From: Octopus sinensis | Taxonomy: Eukaryota | Direction of reading: 5' to 3' | Length of the DNA: 64,000 nt | Assembly: GCF_006345805.1 (NCBI RefSeq) | Contig: NC_043011.1 | Location: forward strand, 14,520,464-14,584,463 | Shown here: in pieces, positions 12,165 to 26,351 of the stretch | Layout of the letters: each line of letters begins with the position of its first letter | Position numbering within the stretch: position 1 is the first letter of the stretch | Translations under genes and position numbers: made by a program | The notes under the pieces: generated by a model | Seen by the model: only the letters and a program-made list of their open reading frames with translations | Told to the model about the DNA's origin: nothing | Databases searched by the model: none

Positions 12165-13520
12165 TAAAGCGGCACCCGGCGTTGCCCGGGAATGAAATCG
12201 TTCTTTATATATTGGAAAAAAGCAAAATCTGTTAATATGTTGTATAGAAAATTGTTATTCTAAATTCAATTTATTCTTTTAATGGGAAATCAATTCTGAA
12301 TTCATAAAACAAAAGAAAAAAATTAAATAATTTAAATAAATGAAATACAAAATTTACCGCTTTTATGAAGGGAGATGAATTCTGTTACATATGTTGACTG
12401 AAATTACGTAAGAGCTTCTGGGTAAACAACATTATCTTTTTGTCTTCTGGTTTGGAACATAGAAAAATAAGTCCTGCAAACTACCAGCCCTGGAGCAACC
12501 ATCATAAAACTGACCATGAGAAAAGCCAGTACTCAATTAAGTACAAGCCAGTAGATTTCAAAGTCCGACCTTGTGCTTTATTAATAGACATTGAGAAGCT
12601 TGAACTCAAATGGCACGTCTGTTGGTTTGATTGGGATTCTTGGAATGAAAACCTCTTCTCTAGACGCATATCCAGTGGCGATGGTAGCTTCCATCACATT
12701 AGGTAATAATGTCTTCACAATCAATCTTATTTCATTGCATAATTTAGAAATATCTAAATCTCTTAGAAGCATTATTTGAACTCTTACCTTCAGAAAATGT
12801 TTATGGTGGCTCAAGAGAATTAAGGAGCTTTGTTGTGTAATGGACAGCTTGACTGAATCAACTGATTTTTACTCTTTAACGTCGTTTGGAATCTTATTCA
12901 TTAATTCATTGTTAATCCTTGTTACTGTTTCATTTTTGGGGCAAGAATTGTCCTTTCACACAACCATTTATTATAATTATTACTTAAATCTGGAAATACC
13001 TTGTTCTTCAATTCAGCTAGCGAATCCACCATGATAGGAATATACGAACCTAACTGATATCACCATTCCCATCAAATGGTACTTTCCCATTTCCCAATTG
13101 GAGAATCCAGGTTGAAAACTGTTCTGTACATTGGTCCTCATGTAATAAAACTTGCACGTTATTGTTAAAGGAGAATTTCTGTACTTTATTTCATGGGTGT
13201 GAAGACTTAATGCATGCTTTTATTGCATCAGATCTTGTTCGTCTCGGAATGACTGGTAATGTCTGTCTGAAGTCTCCTGATTAAAACGAATGTAACTCCT
13301 CCCTTAGATTTATTGTTGGCTCTTATGTCTTGTGAAGTCGGATACAGAGCTTCCCTTGCACCTCTTTGTGACAAGTTGCATTCATCCCAAATGATCAGGT
13401 GGCATTGGCGCAACACTTCTGCTGAACCTGAACCTTTGCTTATGTTAGAAATTGGACTGTCAAATTGTTCATGCATCCCAAGTATGGAGGCAATTCGCAC
13501 GGCCGTTTTCGCGAGAAAAG
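12165..13520 (-). mobile_element. Helitron relic: PIF1-like helicase half of Rep/Hel plus 3' hairpin terminus
   Basis: Minus-strand peptides NISKGSGSAEVLRQCHLIIWDEC (Walker B), GGVTFVL, EEVFIPRIPIKPTDVPFEFK, INKAQG and FSHGQFY..CSR. Terminal hairpin CCCGGGCAACGCCGGG at 12175-12190. Confidence 0.9.
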
Positions 13521-13523
13521 CGA

Positions 13524-13534
13524 ACACACACACG

Positions 13535-13582
<48 letters not shown>

Positions 13583-13630
13583 CACACATACACACACATA
13601 CACACACATACACACACACACACACACACA
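13524..13630 (+). repeat. (CA)n microsatellite
   Basis: Direct reading. Confidence 0.95.
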
Positions 13631-13668
13631 AGGTCTATTTTATATATGAGATATTTACTACCATTAAA

Positions 13669-13877
13669 GCTGCGAGCTGGCGGGCTCGTTAGCACGTCAG
13701 GCGAAATAATTAGCGGCATTTCGTCTATGCTTATATTCTGAGTTCAAATTCTGCTGAGGTTGACTTTGCTTTTCATTTTTTTGGGCTCGATAAATTAAAA
13801 ACCATTTGAGCACTCGGGTCGATTTATTTGACTTAACCGTGAAATTGTTAGCCTTGTTCCAAACTTTGAAATCAATT
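13669..13877 (+). mobile_element. SINE family A variant (different 3' end) with 17-bp TSD
   Basis: Family A head and body. TATTTACTACCATTAAA at 13652-13668 and 13878-13894. Confidence 0.88.
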
Positions 13878-15311
13878 TATTTACTACCATTAAAATAGGT
13901 TATTTTTTTATACGTTTTATATTTATCTGAAATTTATATATTTACATAAATCATAGAATAGCCGCATTGTAATGTCAACTGATAATCGTCTTAAGACCAA
14001 ACTCTTTAATAATCTATGTTATGGTTAGGTAAATAAATGCAGCAATTGTTATATATGCTAGTCAACCAAATAATAAATTAAATAATATATATGTAAAACA
14101 GGGTATTTCAGAACAGCTGAAACATGCGTAATATAGATAATTCTAGAGTTACTAATTCGAAAACATTTAGCTGTGAAGATTGAAATGATGTGAAAACACT
14201 ATTGGTCTCTTAAATTTACTAGTGGCAGACTAACATATTATTGTAACATAGTTACTCGTCGTCAGTTATTGTAGTATCGCCTCTATTTATGACGATACTT
14301 GTTTACACTACAACCGTGTAGTAACAATAAAATATATTACGAAGCAGGGTAACAACAACGTAGCCATCCAACAAACTCTCCACAAATTATACACAAACCA
14401 ACAAACGATATTCCGACAAACAACCAAAACGACACCTTACGACTTTCTACGATTAACGCCTACTCTCCGTCTCTCACCCAGACCGCTACTGTTTATAGTC
14501 GTTCAGTCAAATCTATTCATACAGCGAGTGTTGTGACTCTAGCCACAACAGATATTAAATGAAAATATCTGTTATTTGTTGTATCCTGATAAGCTACTGT
14601 TATATATTGCAATTAAATTTAAAATTATCTGAATGTCTTCGGAATGGTATGTCATCTGTTGTGAGGAATGTTTATCTCGAAACAGGTCAGTAAATAGATC
14701 CTTAGTCGTTTATTTTTGCCTTTATTCAAGAGAACAATAAGATATTTTCGATCATTACAGTTAAAAACTCCAAAATTAATAGCTGTAGAGTTATCTACGT
14801 TATAAATGTTTCAATAATATGTATATATTATGTATGTGTGTGTGTAATTTCATACTTAGTGCTGCTAAAAGGGAAATCAAAAATATATAACAATACAAAC
14901 TGTCACATTGTTGGGCCGTTGGCAACTAAGCCAACAACGTTATCAAGTCTGGTTTGATAAGGAGAGTGTTTTTTCGTTGGACACCACGCAAGACGTAATT
15001 CAAAAGTTGTCAAAAAATAGATGAACTCAGTGGAGTGAACGGCCATCCAGTGGATGTGAACGGCTGAGAGTGAGAGACCCTTAATCTTTGTATAGACATC
15101 TCTCTAAGAGAAGAACATTCTGACATAACACCAACCTCATGGTGAAGCCGGAAACGTTGCTCTTGCTTGTTTCGGAACTACATGGCTTTATAGGTGAAAG
15201 TCTAAGCAGTGATGCGCAAGATACTCTTGACTTTAATTAGTATCTGTTAACAATCATTATTTCTATCTTGTATGGTTTTTCAGTGATGTTATATGAATGT
15301 ATATTAATTAT

Positions 15312-17600
<2,289 letters not shown>

Positions 17601-18109
17601 GTGTGTATATCAGCGCTGATAGCGATCAGTAACTGAATTGTCATGATATATTTGAAATCTAATATGCTCTCCGTAATGAGAGCATGGAGTGAAGGATATA
17701 GAGTGTTGTGTCCCTCGGGCTAAACTCTGTTCACCAATCGACCTTCTGATCGGATAAAGGAATCTGCATGCTAATAAGCATCGCCTGAGCTAGCTGTACG
17801 CTATAATGTTATCAATATGTTCTTATATGACATCCTGTTAGACAAATTGCTTCACGGCATGTAAACTTTTCATGCCAGTCCATTCTCACTCTAGATCTTC
17901 CAAACGTATGGATATGCATGTATGTCCCTCAGAGGTTGACGTGCTCTATATTAGGTACATATTGGTATAGTATTTGCAGTGTGTGTGTGTGTGTGTTTGA
18001 GGAAGAATATGTTAGTGGTACAAAAGAGAACTGGTACTGTCGTATGTTAGTTAAACGGATCTGAATGTGCGCGTATATATACTCGTAAATATAGTCAAAA
18101 TTATGCATG

Positions 18110-18119
<10 letters not shown>

Positions 18120-18158
<39 letters not shown>

Positions 18159-18355
18159 TGTAATAAATAAAATATATGCATACATACATATATGTACGTA
18201 CCTACATATATATGTATATATACATGCATATATAAAAATATATACGTGAGTACAGGACACCACAAATAGACGTAGAACTCAACGAGAAACGAAAACGGAA
18301 AAACAAGCATGGAACAGACCATTTTTTTACAACGAAAAACAGAGTACAAGACAAC
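18120..18355 (-). mobile_element. TA-associated repeat, inverted homolog of 44080-44330 (probable Penelope-like terminal repeat relic)
   Basis: GTACAGGACACCACAA..AGACGTA.AA.TCAAC.AGAAACGAAAACGGAAA is the reverse complement of 44170-44222. Confidence 0.6.
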
Positions 18356-18411
<56 letters not shown>

Positions 18412-18661
18412 GGGAGAGGAAAAATTATTAAAAGGTAGAATGCTAAATTGAAGGTAAATGTTAAGGAAAATGGGTGTATGGAAAATTAAAAAAATAATAG
18501 TAACTCATACCGGTTTTCATCGCTAAGCAAATTTTCAAGATTTGAAAAGGGAAAAATAATTTTTTCTTAAAATGAGGAAGGGGAAAAAAGACATTTACAA
18601 TGTTTTTTTCAAAAAAATAATAATAAACATATACAAAAATTAAAAAATAAGTATACGTTAT

Positions 18662-18892
18662 GGCAATGGCCTAGTGGTTAGGGCAGCAGACTTGCGGTCG
18701 GAGGATCGCGGTTTCGATTCCCAGACCGGGCGTTGTGTGTGTTTATTGAGCGAAAAAAACACCTAAAAGCTCCACGAGGCTCCGGCAGGAGGTGGTGATC
18801 CCTGCTGTACTCTTTCACCACTCTAAAGGCGGTGCTCCAGCATGGCCGCAGTCAAATGACTGAAACAAGTACAAAAAAAAAAAAAAAAAAAA
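18662..18892 (+). mobile_element. Chimeric SINE: head C joined to the family B 3' tail plus poly(A)
   Basis: 18662-18822 matches 4508-4667; 18823-18871 CTAAAGGCGGTGCTCCAGCATGGCCGCAGTCAAATGACTGAAACAAGTA matches the B tail; A-run of about 20 nt follows. Confidence 0.9.
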
Positions 18893-19021
18893 TACCGATA
18901 CAATGTAGAATCTTTATGTTTTTTGAGTTCAATAATAGTCCTTGGAAAAATTTCTTTGGAGGATTAAGATCCATGTGATTAGACGTGGTGCTTAGTTTAA
19001 GGTGTTTGGTAAAAAAAAATG

Positions 19022-19062
<41 letters not shown>

Positions 19063-19106
19063 TATATATAAGAGGGACTGGTGTTTCCACGCAGAAAAAA
19101 TATATA

Positions 19107-19461
19107 GGAAAATGTGTTGTTGAAAATGCACTTAAATTTTCAGTATGACTTGTCGACCACCACTGAAATTAATGAACCTTGTAACATTCTAAAAAATTAG
19201 CATGCACTTTTAATTTCAAACTTACACCTTCTGTTTTGAACATGAATTATTTATCAACATTGAAGCATTTTAGTTTGTCAACATTGAAACAGTTTGATTT
19301 GTCAACATTGAAACTTATAGCGATGTTTTTCTAATTTTACACTTTTACCATTGATAAACAAAAAATATTGTTGAAACTAGTTTGGGATATATGTAAATAA
19401 ATGCATTTTAAACATATACGAGCTTTTGAAATTTAAGTGCATTTTCAACAACACATTTTCT
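19107..19461. mobile_element. MITE with 33-bp TIRs in a TA context, superfamily unassigned
   Basis: GGAAAATGTGTTGTTGAAAATGCACTTAAATTT (19107-19139) is the reverse complement of 19429-19461 with one terminal mismatch; TATATA on both flanks. Confidence 0.85.
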
Positions 19462-19485
19462 TATATACATACATACATACATACA

Positions 19486-19601
<116 letters not shown>

Positions 19602-19618
19602 TATATATATATACACAT

Positions 19619-19658
<40 letters not shown>

Positions 19659-19690
19659 GGGGCTGGTGGCATTTGATAAAGCTGTCGAAT

Positions 19691-19762
19691 ATAGCGCTGA
19701 TGACGGAATTCAAACTCCCCTTTTTTTATATGTTTGTGATCCAGAAACACCGTGTTCGCTAT
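19691..19762 (+). ncRNA. Type I hammerhead ribozyme motif, copy 1
   Basis: Stem I ATAGCG/CGCTAT; CTGATGA 19697-19703; stem II GGA..CAAAC / GTTTG..TCC; GAAA 19744-19747; stem III ACAC-C-GTGT; GUU triplet, predicted cut after 19756. Confidence 0.75.
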
Positions 19763-20245
19763 TAACGGTAAGTGACTGAATTCGTATATTTGCTACTCCG
19801 GTTTTGTGTATGTGAGCCCCAAGGGCCTTCGTTTTTGGAATCTCCACTTATAGAAATGGAAAAAACGGTCTTTGACTGCCATTTCTAATTCCTTCGGCAT
19901 GAGGCGAAACAGCTTGCTGCTAGCCAACTTATTTTTCTTTACTATATACTGAACCTTACAAAGGTCTTGACAATTATTTTGTCGTATTTACATACCGAAA
20001 TTTACCGGTAAATAATTGTTGGTTACATGAAAAACCACAGGAAAATTATTTACCATTTTTATTGTATTACCATGTGGATTCCTCATTCCATTACGATTAC
20101 CCAGAAGGCGCGCATGGCAGAATTTTGGAGGGAAAATTTACGTTCCCAGTCGTTACTTGGTTTTAACATCTGCGCACTTCCCCCCACTATCTGATGTCGC
20201 TGGGTCAGAAGCGAGGGCTGGTGGCATTTGATAAAGCTGTCGAAT

Positions 20246-20317
20246 ATAGCGCTGATGACGGAATTCAAACTCCCCTTTTTTTATATGTTTGTGATCCAGA
20301 AACACCGTGTTCGCTAT
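20246..20317 (+). ncRNA. Type I hammerhead ribozyme motif, copy 2
   Basis: Identical to 19691-19762; predicted cut after 20311. Confidence 0.75.
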
Positions 20318-21599
20318 TAACGGTAAGTGACTGAATTCGTATATTTGCTACTCCGGTTTTGTGTATGTGAGCCCCAAGGGCCTTCGTTTTTGGAATCTCC
20401 ACTTATAGAAATGGAAAAAACGGTCTTTGACTGCCATTTCTAATTCCTTCGGTATGAGGCGAAACAGCTTGCTGCTAGCCAACTTATTTTTCTTTACTAT
20501 ATATATATAATATATATATATATATATTCGTACATAGATACTATATTCGCCGACACACATACGCACACATACTCATACACACGCACTCATACACACTATC
20601 ACTCGTACACCCGCAAACACACTCTCACGCACACGCACACACACTGATACATACACACGTGCATACACGCTTTCTCTTGACGTGGTTGTCTGAGTGTTAT
20701 CAGCGCCCCACTGGTTGTAGGCTGCACTGAATGTGTAAAACATGTACTGAATGTCTGCTACCTGCAGAAATCTCTAGACAGTGAAATGTGGTTTCCATCC
20801 GTAAAGCTCGCTTTTCCGCAGCCCATCACTTCAAGAAATGACCATGATTAGGCGTCTGGTATCTAGATTATTTCCGTTCGCTCACCGCTCGCTATCAGCC
20901 ATACAGTTAGATCAGTGGAAGTTCCATTTTTGCAATATATAGAGGAGTAGTGGTGAATAACAATGATAACGTCTTCAAGGAAACTCGAAGCCTTGACGAA
21001 GACCGACTGACTGATCCTTTGCAAAGGACTTTTGAGCCGAGGATTTCTATGGATAACTTCCAGAAATCCTTGGTCTAACATTAATGCCAAGTGGCACAAT
21101 CGGTTCGAGATAAACCATTGAGTAATGAAAGCACCACCAGAAAGGACTGTTCGAGATGCGCGCAGACCAAAAAAGGCATGGTGCACACTCATATTAGTGC
21201 CTGAATATTTTTGATTTTTCGAATTATGTCGAAGAAATGTTGTCGCGTATACAGCGAATCCAGATATCTGCCAAGTCTATCGTGAATGTCTCTTATTGCC
21301 GTCCTTTAATACGGATGGGAAGACAATTTTCCTCTATCTGGTGACCATGGCGAAAAAGTTGTGCGGTGGATAAAACTAAAAGACTCAGTCAAGACCTCAA
21401 CTTTTTCAGGTCCCACTTGGTAAAAACGTGAGAGTGGAGAGGAAAGTATTTTTTTTCAGTGAATATCTAAAAATGGTTGTGAATGTTGTTGGGGGTTAAA
21501 CCCTCTTTCTATAGGTACTTGATAATTAATAAGGAGAGTTGAAATTTATGCATGCAAAACTATTATAAAATAACCACCATAGGACTGTAAAAATACCTA

Positions 21600-22648
21600 C
21601 TTCAGAAGCAAGGAAAACTAATACAAACAGCCACAAAACACGCGCAAAACAAGAAAATGTTTTCAATATTTAAGGAAATTGACAAATACAAACAAGAAGT
21701 CATACTACCTAACAAATATGAAGAAGAAGAAGAAACAAAAAAAGCTATAAAACAAATGAAATCCAAACAAAAACTAGAACAGCAACGGACCTTGATAAAA
21801 CGATAGCAAGAAAAGCCCCTGGATGGCAAACACTGGGCTAAACTAAACGCAAAACAAATAGATAAAGCAAAATCCTAACAATGGTTAAGAAGCTCAGGAC
21901 TCAAAGCAGAGACTGAAGGTTTTTTTTTTAATTGCAGCACAAAACCAAAGCCTCCCCACCAGAAATTACCAAAAACATATAATGAAAAGAAACATAACAA
22001 GTAACTGCAGAATATGTGGAGATGGACAAGAAACAATAAATTATATTATCTCTGGCTGCCCAGTCCTGGCTAAGAAGGAATATATTCACAGACACGACAG
22101 AGTTGGGACCTACATACACTCGAAGCTATGCCAACACTATGGAATAACAACAGAAAAAAGATGGTATAGGCACACGCCAGAAAAGGTCGCAGAAAACGAG
22201 AGAGCAACTATACTCTGGGGTATGCCAATATACAGAGATAGAGAAATTAAGGTCAACAGACCAGATATAGTTATTATAGGCCGTGAAGAAAAAAATGCTT
22301 TCTAACTGATGTATCAATACAAGCAGATGACAACGTTTCTCTAAAAGAAATGGAGAAACTTTCAAAATACAAAGACATGGAAACAGGTAACTCGAATGTG
22401 GAATCTAAAAACAGAAACACTTCCTATCATAGTAAGGTATGATAAAAAAAAGTATAGAAATAAATACATAACAAAAGCACCAGAAAATTGCACTACTGCG
22501 CACTGCACACATCCTATGTAAAACACTTTCAATACAGTAACCATCAGAGCAACACAGCAAACCACAGCACATACAAAAGGCACATAGAGCTGCGCTCGGT
22601 AGTGAAGTGAAAGCACGTTATAAAAATAAAACTACTGAATAATAATAA
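21600..22648 (+). mobile_element. Second R4/Dong-clade LINE, 5'-truncated 3' end (zinc knuckle plus RLE), decayed
   Basis: WLRSSGLKAETEG, CRICGDGQETINYIISGCPVLAKKEYIHRHD and VNRPDIV motifs; ends in AATAATAATAAT at about 22637-22648. Confidence 0.88.
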
Positions 22649-22650
22649 TC

Positions 22651-22712
<62 letters not shown>

Positions 22713-23881
22713 CATACAGACACTTATACCTGTAAATGTGTGTGCATGTATGTGTATGTAAGTGTTTGTAAGTTTAATTTAGTGTGGACGTTCTCCAGAG
22801 CACACAATCTTAGTTTCAGCCACTAAACGTCTACTAGAGGTGCTAATTTTGGAAATGACTGACAATATGATACTCCGTGCCTTGAGATATTATGTAAACA
22901 AACTCTATTAATGTCTAATACCCTTCATTGGAAGAAATATTTTAGTAGCGAATATATAAGTGTTAATTGAGCTTTATTAGATATTTTATATTTGATTAAA
23001 ATGAATCTCTTGACAGTATACTGACATATTCAATCTATGATACAGCTTTATTAATTTATGATTGAAACATTCCAATCTGTCGACTGTCTATTACCAACGA
23101 AAAATTTTTTTTAATTTAGAGAATGAATATTAAATCTTTTTTCGGGATTGGACACTTCTCTGTCGCAGGTAGGTGAAGTTCTCAGAAAAACTCGGAACAT
23201 ATTCGACTTATAGGTAAAGTGAACTATTGTAGAATAAAAAAAAGCCTTACTGATGAGTGAAGCAAAAAATGTCTAGTATAATTAAATTCCCGATGGCGAT
23301 GCTTGTAGTTTAATACCTTATCCACTTGTTAGTTTAACCTCTATCCATTAAACGCACTAAACTTTATTACCGTTTCCTAAACTATAAATCTACCAGAAAG
23401 TGTACTGACGTTTATCCCCGATTGTCATAGAATTCAGTTCAGCTATCGTCTAAGGAATCACTGTCTCTGTCTCATAGATATTTAACATTGCATCAATAGA
23501 CGAGAAGATAAAAATATACCTTGAGTGTATATGTTCATACGTGGATAGGTTTATGCGTATTTAGTGTTTGTGTGATTTTTGCGTGCGTTTTGAACCGAGT
23601 TGCTTTCTTACTTTACGGTTTAGGCGAGATTTTCGAAAAGATTGTACACGGTGGAATATCTCAAGTGTCGATCAGAAAGTTACACACAGAAACAATAGTG
23701 CATGTAATGGAGGATACTGTAGACGTGTAATCAAGTGGACTTAATACCTTCTCATCTATTCTCGTTTTCCGCTCACCTGACTGATACTTCGATACTTGGA
23801 GGTCATACGAAACATTTTCAGTTATACAAGTAAAACTGCAAGACACGACTGCTATGTATCAACTTACATAAAGGTTACACA

Positions 23882-24650
23882 CTTTCTTTATTTCTTTCTT
23901 TCTTTCTTTCTTTCTTCCTTCCTTTCTTTCTTTCTTCCTTCCTTCCTTCCTTTCTTCCTTCCTTCCTTCTTTCCTTCCTTCCTTCTTTCCTTCTTTCTTT
24001 CTTTCTTCCTTTCTTCCTTTCTTCTTCCTTCTTTCTTTCTTTCTTTCCTTCTTTCCTTCTTTCTGTTTTTCTTTCTTCTTCTTTCTTTCCTTCTTTCTTC
24101 CTTTTCTTTTTTCTTTCTTCTTTCTTCCTTCCTTTCTTTCTTTCTTCTTCTTTTCTTCTTTCTTTCCTTCTTTCCTTCTTTCTGTTTTTCTTTCTTTCTT
24201 TCTTTCCTTCTTCTTTCTTTCTTCCTTTCTTCCTTCTTTCTTCCTTCTTTCTTTCTTTTTCTTTCTTTCCTTCTTTCCTTCTTCTGTTTTTCTTTCTTTC
24301 TTTCTTTCTTTCTTCCTTCTTTCTTTTCTTTCTTTCTTTCTTTCTTTTTCTTTCTTTCTCCCTCCTTCCTTCCTTCCTTCCTTCCTTCTTTCCTTCTTTC
24401 CTTCTTTCTTCTTTCTTTCTTTTTCTGTTTTTCTTTCTTTCATTCTTTCGTTCTTTCTTTCTTCTTCCTTCCTCTCCTTCTTCTTCCTTCCTTCCTTCCT
24501 TCTTCCTTCCTTCCTCCTTCTTCCTTTTCCTTCCTTCTTCTTTCTTTCTTTCTTCTTTTTCCTTCCTTTCTTTCTTTCTGCCTCCTTTCTTCCTTCCTTC
24601 CTTCCTTTCTCTCTCTCTCTCTCTCTCTCCCTCCCACTCTTTCTATGTCT
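23882..24650 (+). repeat. ~770-bp polypyrimidine tract (TTTC/TTCC/TTC units)
   Basis: Almost purely C/T on the plus strand; source of the 310-aa and 272-aa ORF artefacts. Confidence 0.97.
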
Positions 24651-25199
24651 CTCATGTACACACACATACACTATCAAGTAATTTTACTCAAGTATATGTT
24701 CTTATTTGTAGGAATTTATCTTACGTAACAAAATATTTATTCGAATTGTCGTTATCGAGTTTGAATCAAATCCATTCCACTCTATAAGACAGCACTTTAT
24801 CAAGCTTTTCATTTACATTTCGAACAACGCCAACTGTATTTGGAAATGATTGAATCTAAAGATATTTTCAGAGCTTTTGGTAATAATCGCATGATCAGTG
24901 TTGTGAGGGAATAAAAGTGGTGTAATCAGTAAAAATTTCAGAGCGAAAATTAAAATTGATTAATCAAAAATCGCAGCAGTAAGTTGATCTAAGACAACAA
25001 TGTTGGGATTAAAATAAATTTCAAATGCAACGTAATTTCAGAATGTAAAATGTGGGACCAGATGAAATGGGGGCTCTTGTTTGATGAAAGATATGGTGCC
25101 TGAAGACTTAATTAGGAAATTCAACACCTGTTTGCTGTTCTTTGTAATTTCCATGCTCGCAATTACATTAAAGTCTACTACATACATACCATACACAGG

Positions 25200-25284
<85 letters not shown>

Positions 25285-25327
25285 TAAAATGTATATATAT
25301 CTATATATTATATTATATATATTATAT

Positions 25328-25428
<101 letters not shown>

Positions 25429-25429
25429 A

Positions 25430-25640
25430 AGTTAATCCAAACATGAAAACACAAAGAGAAAACACAACAACCGCGAGGACGTGGAACAAATATAGTATTA
25501 TTGAACTCCCAGGAAAGAAGGAAAGAAGGAGGGATTAAATTTCGAGCGAGAGAGCTCTTCGTCAGAAAAAAAAGAAATATCCAAGAAAGAGAAGACGGAG
25601 GAAAAGAAATCGCCAACAATACACACGCGGTCACACACTA
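25430..25640 (-). mobile_element. Penelope-like terminal repeat relic with degenerate hammerhead core, between (TA)n tracts
   Basis: Minus strand CTGACGA-A-GAGC-TCTC-GCTC-GAAA at 25540-25563; stem III/I region corrupted. Confidence 0.55.
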
Positions 25641-25647
25641 TCATATA

Positions 25648-25686
<39 letters not shown>

Positions 25687-26269
25687 TATTATATATATAT
25701 ATAATATATATATATTATATATTATATATATACACGCATTATATTTATATTTATAAATTAAAAAAAGATCAACACTTTTCTGAAACATAGTTTCATATAA
25801 ATACAACCGTTAATTACAGCTTATCAGTAGGTAGGTAGATTGACTATCTGGTTACAATATTTTAGATAATCGAATATGCTCAGTAAGAGGCAGTTCAAAC
25901 GTAGTAGTCAGTTTGGAATGGAACTATAAATTACATAGAAGCGAATAATGTTCTTTAGAAATAACTTACAGGAACGGAACTCACCACCGATTTTATGCTG
26001 TTTTATATTTCTGTGCGTGACTCTATCTATTGTTAAAGTATCAAATATCTCTAACACAAAAAGGATAAAAAAACCCAACCTAATCTATTGTCATACAAAG
26101 TACCCCCTCTCTCTCACTCACTCTCTTTCTGTCTCTCTCACACACACACACTCTCTCTCTCTCTATATATATATATGTATGCATGTGTATATATATAAAT
26201 ATACATATATATATACATATATATATATTATATATATATATGTATATGTATATGTATGTATATATATAG

Positions 26270-26350
<81 letters not shown>

Positions 26351-26351
26351 C

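Larger units (their letters stand above)
19660..20503 (+). mobile_element. Retrozyme-like non-coding element: 289-bp repeat, 266-bp spacer, 289-bp repeat, between (TA)n tracts
   Basis: 19660-19948 equals 20215-20503 (offset 555) with one substitution seen (GGCATG vs GGTATG); each repeat carries a hammerhead motif. Confidence 0.75.

Noticed and set aside
19895-19925. Second hammerhead-like string in the 289-bp repeat (ATGAGGCGAAACAGC)
   Set aside because: No CUGA, no stem II and no UH triplet in register.
20185-20215. CTGATG followed by a CGCT/AGCG stem in the spacer
   Set aside because: A9 and the GAAA core are absent.
20700-21450. Moderately GC-rich block with ORF 20863-21192
   Set aside because: I could not recognise any transposase, RT or host protein motif in any frame I tried; left unassigned.
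23250-23280. Isolated CTGATGA motif
   Set aside because: No stem II or GAAA at a workable position.
23796-24728. 310-aa and 272-aa ORFs, and similar long ORFs at 15856, 33673, 33804 and 51753
   Set aside because: They are stop-free only because they run through microsatellites (FLS/KER, YI, IYLS, MYVC); no coding signal.
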